Shown: piece after piece, positions 8,936 through 19,800 of the stretch
Layout of the letters: every line of letters starts with the position of its first letter
Numbering within the stretch: position 1 is the stretch's first letter
Assembly (NCBI GenBank): GCA_963788655.1
Contig: CAWBHS010000088.1
Location: forward strand, 224,001 to 288,000
Direction of reading: 5' to 3'
DNA length: 64,000 nt
Source of the DNA: an uncultured Verrucomicrobiae bacterium
GTDB lineage: Bacteria > Verrucomicrobiota > Verrucomicrobiia > Limisphaerales > JAFGQR01
Program-made: the position numbers and the translations under genes
The notes under the pieces: model-generated
Told to the model about the DNA's origin: nothing
The model's database searches: none
Seen by the model: only the letters and a program-made list of their open reading frames with translations

Positions 8936-10717
8936 ATGGGCTTCGCCGACGAACACGATGCAACCGCCCACCCGCTGCGTGACTACGCCTTCGCCGGTGA
9001 CGGCGAACGCGGCATGATCATTGACCCCGACGGCGCGATCGTCTGGATGTCCGTTCCCCGCTGGGACTCCGAGGCCGTCTTCTCCGGCCTTCTGGGCGGG
9101 GCGGGTCACTTTTCCGTCACCCCGCAGGCCGCGCACCGGATCTCGGGCGGGTACTACGACGAGGGCACGCTCATCTGGCGGCACGTGTGGACCACGTCCC
9201 AGGGGGCCGTCGAGTGCGACGACGCCCTGGCGTACCCCGGCGACGACCACAGGGCCGTCGTGCTGCGCCACATCGCGTCCCGCGAGCACGCGCACGATGT
9301 CGACGTCGCCGTATCGCCCCGCGCGGGCTTCGGCTTCGCCGGCGTCACGCCTGCCACCCTGAGCGACGGCGTGTGGAGTTGGACCACGGGGGACGTCCAC
9401 GTGCGGGTGGCCGGCCTCGCCGACGCCACCTTCAGTCCCGAGGACGGCCTGGTGGGTTCGCTGCACCTCGAGGCGGGCGAGGAGCACGACGTCGTGGCCG
9501 AGTTCTCCGTGCGGCGGACGAGGACGAGCCTCTGGACGCCGACGCCCTGTGGGCGAGCACGCGCGAGGCGTGGAGGCGCGCCGTCCCCGAGATTCACGGC
9601 ACGGCGTCCGACGTAGACGTCGCCCAGTTCTACGCGGTCGCCACCGGGCTGACGAGCAGGCACGGCGGCATGGTCGCGGCGGCTACGACGAGCCTTCCGG
9701 AGCGACTCGAGGCTCACGCCAACTACGACTACCGCTACGCGTGGATCCGCGACCAATGCTTCGCGGGCCACGCCGACGCGGAACTCGGCGGGGACCGCAC
9801 GGGAGGCTACCCGCTGCTCGACGGGGCCGTCGGCTTCATCGGAGCGCGACTCGTCGCGGACGGCGCCAACCTGCGCCCCGCCTACACCGTCGCGGGCGAG
9901 CCCGTGCCGTCCGAGCGTCCGCTGCCCCTCCCCGGATACCCCAGCGCACCGCCGATCGCGGGCAACCACGTGAACGAGCAGTTCCAGCTCGACATCTTCG
10001 GCGAGGCGCTGTCGCTGTTCGCCTCCGCGGCGCGGCTCGGCAGGCTCGACGAGTTCGGATGGGAGGCGGCCGGCATCGCAGCCGACGCGATCGCGAAGCG
10101 TTGGGACGAGCCCGACGCCGGGATTTGGGAGATCGAGAACCGCTGGTGGACGCACTCCCGCCTCGCGTGCGTGGGCGGGCTGCGCGCGCTGAGCGACGTC
10201 GCGCCTAAGGGCGCTTGGCGACGACGTGGCGCGCGCTCGCGGACACCATCGAGGAGCGGCTCCTGGCGACGTGCGTGACGGCCGACGGCCGCTGGAAGAG
10301 GGCCCAGGACGACGACGCCGTCGATGCCGCCTTGGTGATCCCCGCCTTCCGCGGCGGACTCGATCCGCACGATCCCGTGAACGTCGCCACCGTCGACGCG
10401 GTGTTGCGCGACCTGGAGCGCGACGGCCACATCTATCGCTTCAAGCACGGGGACCAGGACCTGCGCTCGCCGAGGGTGCGTTCCTCCTGTGCGAGGCGTC
10501 GATGTCGCTCGCGCTGCTGCGGCTCGGCAGGCGCGAGGAGGCCGTGCGCTGGTTCGAACGCGTCCGCGGGTGCGTCGGCCCGTCGGGGCTGTTCTCTGAG
10601 GAATGGAACCCTCAGGAACGCCAGATGCGCGGCAATCTCCCTCAGGCATTCCTTCACGCGCTCGTCGCGCAGGCCGCGATCGAACTCTCAGCAGGCGACG
10701 GAGGCGATCAGCCCTAA
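8936..10717 (+). CDS. Glycoside hydrolase family 15 (trehalase/glucoamylase-like); ~3 frameshifts (~9515, ~10215, ~10465)
   Basis: DYAFAGDG..., AAATTSLPE...NYDYRYAWIRD, QLDIFGE, PDAGIWE, EGAFLLC, GLFSEE, GNLPQAFLHA distributed over successive frames. Confidence 0.85.
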
Positions 10718-11182
10718 GGCCTCCTCGAGCCGCTCGCACCTGTCCGCCTTCAGCGTCAATCGGATGTCGCGATCGATACCGGCTAGGCGTCGCGCGACCC
10801 GCGCCACTTCGCGAGCGCCCCGTTCGGTGAGCACGATGGTGGTGCATCGTCCGTCCAGTTCGTGACGCGTACGCATGACGAGTCCTGAGTACTCCATGCG
10901 GTCGACCAGGCCGGTCACGGCTTGCTTGGTCACGCCCAGGGATTCGGCGAGCGAGCTGACCGGGAGGCCGTAGGGGGCTCGCGCCACGTGCGCGGCGAGC
11001 CCGGCCTGAACGGCGGTCATACGCGCGTCGTTCGCCCAGACGTCGCACGCGTAGGCGACCTTGCGCGCGGTCCCGAGCAGAGCGTCGATCAACGGCGCCG
11101 GACCGCCCCGTGGAACGAGCGGAAGCTCCAGGGTGGACGCCCACGGGTCGTACCTAGTCCACTCGTCGATCATGGTCAACAT
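10688..11182 (-). CDS. MarR-family transcriptional regulator (start 11182 or 11173)
   Basis: LAESLGVTKQAVTGLVDRMEYSGLVMR...DGRCTTIVLTERG winged helix. Confidence 0.8.
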   Translation of the reverse strand: MLTMIDEWTRYDPWASTLELPLVPRGGPAPLIDALLGTARKVAYACDVWANDARMTAVQAGLAAHVARAPYGLPVSSLAESLGVTKQAVTGLVDRMEYSGLVMRTRHELDGRCTTIVLTERGAREVARVARRLAGIDRDIRLTLKADRCERLEEALGLIASVAC

Positions 11183-11190
11183 GTTGACGA
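11173..11190. promoter_or_regulatory. GTCAAC-AT-GTTGAC palindrome overlapping the marR start
   Basis: TGGTCAACATGTTGACGA; identical to 11376..11393. Confidence 0.65.
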
Positions 11191-11375
11191 GTCGCGGCAG
11201 GGGGCGTCCGACGACCTCCTCGGTTGTGGAGGACGATGCCCGCGCGGGCGCCTGGGGACGACGCTGGGGCAGGGGAACGGGGCTGATGCCCGGTCCCGGG
11301 CAGGGAGTCGATCGACGGCGCCGCGCCAACGTCCGGATGACCGGCAGGTCCCGGAAACACCTCCCCTCCTCGCAA

Positions 11376-11393
11376 TGGTCAACATGTTGACGA
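11376..11393. promoter_or_regulatory. GTCAAC-AT-GTTGAC palindrome between marR and the MFS gene
   Basis: TGGTCAACATGTTGACGA exact repeat of 11173..11190. Confidence 0.65.
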
Positions 11394-11415
11394 ATTGGAG
11401 TGGGGAGGGTCTGTT

Positions 11416-11473
11416 GGCGCGCCGGGTGGGGCGCGCCGAGTGGGGCGCGCCGAGTGGGGCGCGCCGGGTGGGG
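11416..11473 (+). repeat. 14-bp tandem repeat (GGCGCGCCGRGTGG) x~4
   Basis: Directly visible tandem units upstream of the MFS gene. Confidence 0.85.
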
Positions 11474-11505
11474 AAAGCATCGCCCGGAACGCGCCCTATT
11501 CTCGG

Positions 11506-12888
11506 ATGGTGGTCAATCCCGATCCGCCGCCAGCGATCCCCGGCAAGAAGCGTCGTCTCGTCGACGTCGCGCCGCTAAGGGCCAGCCCCGCGTTCGCGCG
11601 GTTGTGGTTCGGCGGGGCCATCTCGGGCATCGGCGCGCAGATGACGATCGTCGCCGTCGGGCTCCAGATCTACGCGATGACCTCCTCCACATTCGCCGTC
11701 GGCCTGGTGGGCGGCATCGCGCTCGTTCCGATGATCGTCGCGGGTCTCTGGGGCGGGATGATCGCCGACGTCTTCGACCGCCGCCGCGTCCTTATCGCGT
11801 CGTCGCTCGTCAGCTGGTTCTCCACGCTCGGGCTCGTCGCACTATCCGCATGGGACGCCGTCCTTGCCCCCGATGCCCGAGCGCCCCTCTGGCCCTTCTA
11901 CGTCGTCACCACCCTCAGCGCCGTCGCCGCCACCGTCTCGGGCGCGACGCGCTCCGCCCTCGTCGGCCGCATCCTGCCCCTCGACATGATCTCCCGCGCC
12001 CGAGCGCTCGACGGGATCTCGTTCGGGCTGATGCTCACCGTCGGCCCCGCGCTCGCGGGAGTGCTCGCCGCGACCGTCGGGCTGCCGTGGACGTTCGCCG
12101 CCGACGCCGTCTTGTTCACCGCCGGGTTCCTTGGCGTGTGGATGCTGCCCGCGCTGCCGCGTCTGGGCGAACCCGTCGTCGCGGGGTGGGCGGTGCTGCG
12201 CGAGGGGCTCGCGTTCCTTCGCCGCGCGCCAAACATCCGCATGAGCTTCATCGTCGACATCGTCGCCATGACCTTCGGGCGCCCCTACGTTCTGTTCCCC
12301 GCGATCGGCGCGCTCGTGGTGGGCGGCGGGGCGCTGACGGTCGGCGCGCTGACGGCCGCGGGCGCCGTCGGGACCATCCTCACCAGCGTGTTCTCCGGGC
12401 CCGTGGCGCGGGTCAACCGGCAGGGCGTCGCGATCGGGCGGGCGATCACCGCGTTCGGGCTATTCGCGCTGGCCTTCGGCGCGATCACGCTCGTGATCAG
12501 CCGAGGCGACCACGTAGCCGCGCCCGGTTGGGAAGGGGTCCACTGGGCGTCGCTCATCGCGCTCGGCATCGCGATGGCGGGCATGGGCGCCTCCGACGAG
12601 GTGAGCGCCATCTTCCGCTCCGTCATTCTGATCCAGGCCGTGCCCGACCAGATGCGCGGACGCATCCAGGGCGTGTTCATCGTCGTGGTCACGGGAGGTC
12701 CCCGCGTCGGCGACATGTACGCGGGCGTCTTCGCCACGGCCGTCGCGCTGTGGTGCCCGCCCCTGTTCGGCGGTCTCGTGATCGCCCTCGCGATCGCCGT
12801 GCTCACGCGGCTCCGGTTCGGGGCGCGCGCGGGCGGGGGTCGAGGCACGAGCTTCCGCGACTACGACGCCCGCACGCCGACGCCGTAG
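11506..12888 (+). CDS. MFS transporter (EntS/DHA3-like)
   Basis: DVAPLRASPAFARLW, GGMIADVFDRRRVL, PDQMRGRIQG...GGPRVGD; ~12 TM. Confidence 0.9.
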   Translation: MVVNPDPPPAIPGKKRRLVDVAPLRASPAFARLWFGGAISGIGAQMTIVAVGLQIYAMTSSTFAVGLVGGIALVPMIVAGLWGGMIADVFDRRRVLIASSLVSWFSTLGLVALSAWDAVLAPDARAPLWPFYVVTTLSAVAATVSGATRSALVGRILPLDMISRARALDGISFGLMLTVGPALAGVLAATVGLPWTFAADAVLFTAGFLGVWMLPALPRLGEPVVAGWAVLREGLAFLRRAPNIRMSFIVDIVAMTFGRPYVLFPAIGALVVGGGALTVGALTAAGAVGTILTSVFSGPVARVNRQGVAIGRAITAFGLFALAFGAITLVISRGDHVAAPGWEGVHWASLIALGIAMAGMGASDEVSAIFRSVILIQAVPDQMRGRIQGVFIVVVTGGPRVGDMYAGVFATAVALWCPPLFGGLVIALAIAVLTRLRFGARAGGGRGTSFRDYDARTPTP

Positions 12889-12938
12889 GCCGCCGACGCC
12901 CTAGGTCCCCGTCGCGCGAGAACCGCTAGATTCTCCGT

Positions 12939-13687
12939 GTGGCCACCGTCCCCGAGTCCAGCGCCGAGTCCGACCCCGAGTCCGACCCCGAGTGGGACAG
13001 GCGTTTCGACGAGGAGGAGCGGATTGGCGCGGCTGAGGACGCCGCGCAGCGACGCGAGGCGTCGGCGGTACTGAGCGTTGCGCCGGACCTGAGCGTCTAC
13101 AGGAACCCAGGGCGCTACCCTGCTGCTCGGCCGTCGCGACGGCGACGCGATCGCGTGGGCGAGCATCCGGCGCGTCGTGGCGATTCTCGGAGTGACGGGG
13201 ATCGGTCTCGAGGTCGCCATCCTGACCGTGCCCCGCTGGCTGTCGAACGACTCCTCCATGCTTGAGGTCGTCGGCTTCCTCGGCATCGTGTTCGGCGCGG
13301 TCGCCTGGATCGTCAGGTTTGGCGGTGGCCGCGGGACGAGCCCTCATCGCCGCCCGAGTCGGCTCTCCGGTCTACCTCAGCGTGAGCGCACGGCGCGTCC
13401 GCCTGGTGCGCTGGGGCTGGCCGTTCTTGAGGGCGTCAATTCCCCTCAAGGCGGGCGTCACGATCTACGCCACACAACGTGCGCGCGCGGCGTCGAAGGC
13501 CGAGGCGGGTGCCCTGAACCGGTGGAAACTCGAGTCCAAGCTTGCCTGGCTCGACTCGTACCCCGACGGGAAGGGTCTGAGTTTCTGCACCTACTACCGC
13601 GTGAGCGCCGTCGCCATCGCGGAGCTGCGGGCTGCGCTCGAGGCGCACGGCGTCGAGCTGAAGTACCGTTCGAGTACTCCCCGCTAG
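12939..13687 (+). CDS. Hypothetical membrane protein, probably frameshifted
   Basis: Acidic N-terminus (12939 frame), 2 TM segments (13177 frame), C-terminal part in the 13262 frame ending TAG 13687. Confidence 0.4.
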
Positions 13688-13698
13688 GAGGGTCGCCC

Positions 13699-14466
13699 AT
13701 GATCGATGCGAGCGTCGTCGTCCCGGGAGGACGGGTCGCGGCGTACACGAGCGCCGTCTCGCCGGGGCGGCAACTCTTCGGCGCCTTCATGACCGTCCTC
13801 CTCATCGTGGGGATCATCATGGGGGTGCGCGCGCTCGCGAAGCCCGCATGGAAGAAGCGCCGCGCGCAGCTCGCGGCGTACGCGGCGCAGCGCGGCTGGA
13901 CGTACCGGCCCGACGCGCGCCCGTGGGCGTCCACCTTCTCGCCCCGACCGTTCAACGCCGGCGTGAACCGCAAGGCGCGCGACCTGCTGTCCGGGACCAT
14001 GGGGACGTACCCCTGGGTCTCGTTCGAATACGTCTACATCGACAAGAACATCGGTTACGACCCCGGCGGTAACGGCGAGGTGGCACGCACGTACTTCTTC
14101 TCGGTGGTCGCGTTGAGGCTCGGCTGGACCATCCCGACAACAGAGTTCATCCCCGAGGGCATCACCCAGAAGGCGGCCAAGGTGCTGGGCGGCGACGACC
14201 TTGACGTCGAGTCGGACGCCTTCAACCGCATGTGGCGCGTCCAAACGGACGACGAGCGCGCGGCCCACGCGCTGCTCACCCCGACCATGATCGAACGGCT
14301 CATGCAGGCGGACTTCGTGGGGGAGCCGTTCTTCTTGGAGAAGGGGTACCTGGTGCACTTCGCCGAGGGTCCACGCTCCGAGTACGAGGTGGACTCCATG
14401 CTCAGCCTCTGCTCGAACTTCCTCGACCTGATTCCCGCGTTCGTGCGGGAGGACTACGCGGGCTGA
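13699..14466 (+). CDS. Membrane-anchored hypothetical protein
   Basis: AGGAGG before ATG 13699; TM followed by AAQRGWTY...DLDVESDAFNRMWRVQTDDERAAHALLTP domain. Confidence 0.8.
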   Translation: MIDASVVVPGGRVAAYTSAVSPGRQLFGAFMTVLLIVGIIMGVRALAKPAWKKRRAQLAAYAAQRGWTYRPDARPWASTFSPRPFNAGVNRKARDLLSGTMGTYPWVSFEYVYIDKNIGYDPGGNGEVARTYFFSVVALRLGWTIPTTEFIPEGITQKAAKVLGGDDLDVESDAFNRMWRVQTDDERAAHALLTPTMIERLMQADFVGEPFFLEKGYLVHFAEGPRSEYEVDSMLSLCSNFLDLIPAFVREDYAG

Positions 14467-14502
14467 GTCGGCGCCGTCTCGGCCCGCGTATGCTCGACCC
14501 TC

Positions 14503-15021
14503 GTGGCGTACCCCGGAGGTTGGCGGCGAAGCAAGCGCGTGACGCTCGCGCGCGGGCTCGTCTCGTACGTACCTCTCGCCGCGGCCGCGGCGATACTCGT
14601 CGCCACCGCCCCCGCCGACGTCTCCTTGTCCTTCTGGGCGATCTTCGGCCTCCTGAGCATCGTCCCGACGCTGTGGTACCTGGGCGGCGGGGCCCTCGCC
14701 GATCACTTCATCAGCCGCTTCGGTGCGCTCGCGACGCTCCTCGCGCACGCCGTCGGTAACGTCATCTCGTTCGTCCTGGTGCTCATCGGCTTATACGTCG
14801 GCGCCATCATCGGCGACCAGGGCCTCGGTGGACCCTTCGCGTTTCTGTGGGTGCTCGTCGTCCCGGTCTTCACGGTCGTCGCGTTCGTGCTCGCCTGGCT
14901 CGTCCCCGGGTCATTCCCTCGCGGTCGCGGGCTCGCGCTCGACGGCACGAGGCTCGCGTGGCGCTGGCTGCGTTCCGTGATGCGTCACATCACCGCCTCG
15001 GCGCGCTCCGTCCGGCACTAG
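14503..15021 (+). CDS. Hypothetical membrane protein
   Basis: Four hydrophobic segments, high GC3. Confidence 0.6.
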   Translation: MAYPGGWRRSKRVTLARGLVSYVPLAAAAAILVATAPADVSLSFWAIFGLLSIVPTLWYLGGGALADHFISRFGALATLLAHAVGNVISFVLVLIGLYVGAIIGDQGLGGPFAFLWVLVVPVFTVVAFVLAWLVPGSFPRGRGLALDGTRLAWRWLRSVMRHITASARSVRH

Positions 15022-15043
15022 CGCGCACCGCTAGGGTGAGCGC

Positions 15044-15625
15044 ATGGAACCCCGCCCCATCCTCGTCAGACCGTCGAATCTTCCCGCCCTCCCCGGATAC
15101 GAGAAGTACGTTCGTAGCCTGAGAAACTCGACGATCCTGATGGTCGTCTACCCGATCGTCATCTTGGCCATCGCCCTGGCCCGGGGATTCGAACTCGTCG
15201 CCACAATCGTGGTTGTCGCCGCGTTCGCGGCGGTTGACGCGATCCTCGCCCGAAGCTTCCTGAAGGAACGCGCGAGGGTGACGGCGACCATGAGTGGCGA
15301 GATGCCGCTCGTCACCGCTCACGAAGTCGAGGGTGGTTTCGAGCTGCGATCCAGTCGCTCCAGCCAGACGCGAGGCGGGCTGCCGGTTCGGCCCGGCGAC
15401 GCCCTAGACATCGTGGTCGAAGAAGCCCACGATCCCCGGGGACGCAGGCGGCGGCCCGGGTACGTTCAGTGGGTATTTCTCAACGGCGACGAGAGGCCGC
15501 TACCCGTGGCGTCGTGGTTTGACCCCGACGATTCGCTCCTTCGCGACGTCGAGCGCCGCATCAAGGCCCTGGGGGCAACGGCGGAGACGACCCACGTCCC
15601 CTTCGGCGAGAAGCCCGCAGCCTAA
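15044..15625 (+). CDS. Hypothetical membrane protein (2 TM + soluble domain)
   Basis: ORF with two N-terminal TM segments. Confidence 0.6.
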   Translation: MEPRPILVRPSNLPALPGYEKYVRSLRNSTILMVVYPIVILAIALARGFELVATIVVVAAFAAVDAILARSFLKERARVTATMSGEMPLVTAHEVEGGFELRSSRSSQTRGGLPVRPGDALDIVVEEAHDPRGRRRRPGYVQWVFLNGDERPLPVASWFDPDDSLLRDVERRIKALGATAETTHVPFGEKPAA

Positions 15626-15778
15626 TTTCCCGTAATGCCCGGAACGGCCCATCCGCGGCGAGATTCCGACGAGACGCCGCGCAAGCAAACTGATATGTTC
15701 GCTCCAGCGGGGCGCACCCCGTAACAGATACCGGAGGCCGTGCGACGGCACTCCACCAGACCAGACGGGATGCGGACG

Positions 15779-16952
15779 ATGGGGTTCATTTCGATTGCGA
15801 TCGGCGGAGCGATTGACTCGCTCCGGTCGAGTTTCGGCGACCAGTTGCTTGACTTCCTTGTCCCGCCCAGCGGAATCTCGGACACGGCCGTGGTGTTCCC
15901 CGCCATTACGCAGCGCACCAACGCCGGGCGCGGCCAGAACACCCGCGCATCCGAGAACATCATCACGAACGGCTCCGTCGTCGTGGTGCCCGAGGGCTAC
16001 GGCCTCCTGACCTTCCAGGACGGCGCCGTCACGGCCGTCATCGGCGAGCCCGGCGCGTACAAGCTGGGACAGCGAGGACCAGAACTCCAAGTCGGTCTTC
16101 TCCGGCGGCGGCATCTTCAGCTCGACGTTCAAGACCTCGTGGGAGCGCTTCAAGTTCGGCGGCCAGCCCGGGCACGCAGCAGCTCGCGTTCTACGTGAAC
16201 CTCAAGGAGATCCCGAACAACAAGTTCGGCACCCAGAGCGCGATCTACTGGGACGACTCCTACATCAACGCCCAGGCGGGCGCCCTGACGCGCGGAACCT
16301 ACGTGCTCAAGGTGGTCGACCCGATCCTGTTCGTCAAGACCCTCGTCCCCGCGACGTACATCTCCGCGAACGCGCCTCAGTTCGACATCACCGAGACGAC
16401 CAACCCCGTCTCGGAGCAGCTCTTCAACGAGGTGGTCGGCTCGCTCGCAGGCGCCTTCTCGCGCTACGTCAACGACTCCGACAAGGAGCACCGGATCACC
16501 AAGATCCAGGGCGACTCCGTCGGCTTCGCCCAGTCGCTCTCGAGCGAGGTGGAGAAGAACTACCAGTGGACCTCGGGCCGCGGCCTCACCATCACCCAGG
16601 CCACGATCATCGCGATCGAATACGACGAGGACACCGAGGCGCTCCTGTCCGACGTCAGGAAGGCCGACGCGCTGAGCGGCGGCCGCGCGGACACGTTCCT
16701 CAAGCAGTCGGTGGCGCGCGGCGTCGAGGCTGCGGGAGAAAGCGGCGGAGGGGGCACCGGCCTCGCCATGATGGGCATGGGCATGGGCGCCATCGGCAGT
16801 CTCAGTCCCGCCGACGCCCGGCGGGAGGCGCGGGTTCCACGGCTCCTGCCGACCCGGCCGAGCAGCTCGCCCAGTACAAGAAGATGCTCGACGACGGCCT
16901 CATCACCCAGGACGACTACGACGGCCTCAAGAAGAAGATCCTCGGGCTCTAG
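15779..16952 (+). CDS. SPFH-domain (YdjI-like) protein with C-terminal SHOCT; frameshifts ~16062, ~16171, ~16825
   Basis: SENIITNGSVVVVPEG; WERFKFGGQP; NLKEIPNNKFGT; GMGMG; EQLAQYKKMLDDGLITQDDYDGLKKKILGL (SHOCT). Confidence 0.85.
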
Positions 16953-16961
16953 GTAACGGGC

Positions 16962-18221
16962 ATGACCGCCGACAACGCCGCTGAGGGCGCCGCGACGCCG
17001 GAGCCACCCCCGGCAGAGACGCAAGCCGCGACCTTGCCGCTGCAACCAGACGAACCCGACGTCAAGGTCCTCGCGACCCCCGAGGGTGCTGGCGACGGCG
17101 TCGTCCGTTGCCCGAAGTGCGGCGCGAGCGAGACTCAGCTCGCCAAGAACGGCATGTTCGTGTGCTGCGTTCTGCCGTCACGAGTGGTCGGAGAAGACGC
17201 TCGACGAGGCGATGGGGCTGAGCGACGGCATCGCGGAACTCACGGGCACCACGATCTCGACCGCGGCGGCCGACATCTCCGACGACGGCGCGCTCGTCAC
17301 GCTCAAGTGCTCGGGGTGCGGCGCGGAGGTGGTGATCGACACCGATCACAACCTTCAGGCGCGGTGTCACTGGTGCAAGCACGACCTGTCGCTGAACAAC
17401 AAGATCCCCAACGGCGCGGTCCCCGACGGGATCCTCCCCTTCTACATCACGCGCGAGCAGGCGATGGCGTCCATCGCGGCGTTCGTGCAGGAGCGTAAGT
17501 CCTTCGCGCTTCCCGCGTTCAGCGCCGATTTCCGGCTGGAGAACGTCATGGGGGTCTACCTGCCGTACATGACGGTTGACGGCAACGTCTCCGCGCGGCT
17601 CGACGGCGTCGGCGAGGTTCTCACGGGCACGCGGCGCGTGAACAAGACCACCGAGTACAAGGCGAACGTCTACTCCGTGGTGCGCACGCTGGACCTCACG
17701 GTGGACGACGTCGTCGTGGAAACCGCGTCGGACAAGGTGAACATCAAGTCCGCGATCAGCACCAACAACATCATCAACGCGATCCTGCCGTTCGACGTGA
17801 AGAACATCGTGCGGTTCAACGCGAACTTCCTGGGCGACACCGTACACGTCGGAACGCCGCGACATGGACGTCGACGCAGGCCGAGCTCTACGCGTCGAAC
17901 CACTTCATGACCATCAGCAGGGGGGCCGTCCAGGAATCGATCGCGGGCTATACCCGCGGAGTCCGCTGGGATGCCGAGCAGATCCACGTCAAGGGCAGCC
18001 GGTGGACGTCGGTACTCCTGCCCGTGTGGCTCTACGGCTATGTCGAGAACCGCAAGGGCGTTGCCATCTCGCACTACATCGCGGTGAACGGCCGGACCGG
18101 CGCGACCATGGGCAGCGTCCCGATCAACCACGGCAAGGCCGCGCTCGTCGCGTGGGGGGTCGCCATCGCCATCTCGGTGGTCACCTGGCCGCTGGGCTTC
18201 ATGGCATTGTTGGCGTCCTAG
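16962..18221 (+). CDS. TFIIB-type zinc-ribbon membrane protein (YdjG-like); frameshifts ~17165 and ~17845-17880
   Basis: CPKCGA, C..C, CSGCGAEV, CHWCKH; VPDGILPF; GVYLPY; LLPVWLY...AVNGRTGATMGSVP + TM. Confidence 0.85.
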
Positions 18222-18275
18222 CATGGCCGCCGTCACGTACCGCGCGCGCGCGTCGCGCACGTTGAGGAGGTTCTC

Positions 18276-18548
18276 GTGAGCAGCTCGGGCGACTCCGGCG
18301 GCGTTATCGCCGTGCTCTTCGCCGTCGGTCCCGCCACGGGATTCGTCGTCTACCAGAGCATCCAGGCCAAGTACCGCAACGCGAAGGCGCGCTACATGCC
18401 GGAGCGCGTCGTGAAGTTCGACGCGACCAACCTTCAGTCCGACGACGCGTACACACGCTCGATCGTCAGCCGCTCGCGGAACGTGACGGGGCGCAACGAC
18501 AACACGCCGGCCGTACGAGCTAAATACACCAACACCACCAAGGACTGA
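18276..18548 (+). CDS. Small membrane-anchored protein of the SPFH/zinc-ribbon operon
   Basis: GAGGAGG RBS, GTG start, TM then KYRNAKARY. Confidence 0.7.
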   Translation: MSSSGDSGGVIAVLFAVGPATGFVVYQSIQAKYRNAKARYMPERVVKFDATNLQSDDAYTRSIVSRSRNVTGRNDNTPAVRAKYTNTTKD

Positions 18549-18759
18549 CGCCGCGCGAGCGTGGTGGCGCTGTGCCCGGGTGCCCCAGGCCGCGCCGTCC
18601 GTCTCCGTCTCGAAACAATGCCAGCGTTCAGACGTTGTAGTAAGTAGAGACGATTCGGGACGAGTGGCGCGTGGCACGGTGGGTTGCGATCCCCGAGTCC
18701 ACCGCGACACACCCGAATGAAACACCCGCCGCCAGCGCCGCTGGCAGGAAGGAGCACCC

Positions 18760-19800
18760 ATGAAACGCATCAAACCAACCGTCGCCGTTGTCACAGGAGG
18801 CTCGGCGGGACTCGGACGCGCCGTGGTGCGCGAACTGGCCCAGCGGGGGTGGGACGTGGCCGTGATCGCCCGCAACGAGGACGGACTCGCGGGCGCCGTC
18901 GCGGATGTCGAGGGGCGCGGGCGGCGGGGATTCTCCGTGACCGCCGACGTCGCGGACGCCGACGCCGTCGACGCCGCCGCCTCCGCGATAGAGAAGGAAC
19001 TGGGTCCTATCGACCTGTGGGTCAACAACGCCATGACGGGGGTCTTCGGCGAGTTCCTCGACGTCGACCCTCAGGACTTCGTGAGGGCAACCGAGGTGAA
19101 CTACTTGGGGTTCGTCAACGGGACGCGTGCGGCGCTCCGTCGCATGGTCCCGCGTAACCGCGGCCAGGTGATTCAAGTGGGATCGGCTCTCGCTCACCGC
19201 GGCATCCCTCTTCAGTCCGCGTACTGCGGCTCCAAGCACGCCATTAAGGGATTTACGGAGTCGGTGGTGACAGAACTCGCGCACCATTCGAGTAAGGTGC
19301 GCGTGTCCGAGGTGGATATGCCCGCCCTGAATACCATCCAGTTCTCCTGGGTCAAGAGCCATCTTCCCGGGCACCCGCAACCGGTGAAGCCCATTTTTCA
19401 GCCCGAGGTCGGAGCCCGGGCCGTCGCCGACGTGGCAACGCGCCCGCGGAAGCGCACCTGGGTGGCGGTATCGACCGTCGGGACGATTCTCGGCAATCGC
19501 GTCTCGAGCCGCCTACTCGACTGGTACCTCGCGCGCACGGGGTACGGCGGTCAGCAATCCCAGGACATCACGGCGCCAATGTTGGGCGACAACCTCTACC
19601 GACCCGTCCCCGGGGACCACGGAGCGCACGGCGTCTTCGATGACGTCGCCCACGGCGTCTCCCCACAGATGTGGGCGCACCATCGGCGTAGGTTCGTCTA
19701 CGTCGTCGTCGCGGCGACCGCGGCAGCGGCCGCCGTAGCGGCGGGTGGGCGCCAGGTCGGACGCTCGTCCTCGCGGCTTCTCGCCCGGGCCCGGTCCTAG
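18760..19800 (+). CDS. SDR-family oxidoreductase
   Basis: [26 protein letters not shown]. Confidence 0.9.
   Translation: MKRIKPTVAVVTGGSAGLGRAVVRELAQRGWDVAVIARNEDGLAGAVADVEGRGRRGFSVTADVADADAVDAAASAIEKELGPIDLWVNNAMTGVFGEFLDVDPQDFVRATEVNYLGFVNGTRAALRRMVPRNRGQVIQVGSALAHRGIPLQSAYCGSKHAIKGFTESVVTELAHHSSKVRVSEVDMPALNTIQFSWVKSHLPGHPQPVKPIFQPEVGARAVADVATRPRKRTWVAVSTVGTILGNRVSSRLLDWYLARTGYGGQQSQDITAPMLGDNLYRPVPGDHGAHGVFDDVAHGVSPQMWAHHRRRFVYVVVAATAAAAAVAAGGRQVGRSSSRLLARARS

Noticed and set aside
12951..12992. 12-bp tandem repeat CCCCGAGTCCGA
   Set aside because: Short, lies in a low-complexity acidic N-terminus (ESDP); no sign of independent function
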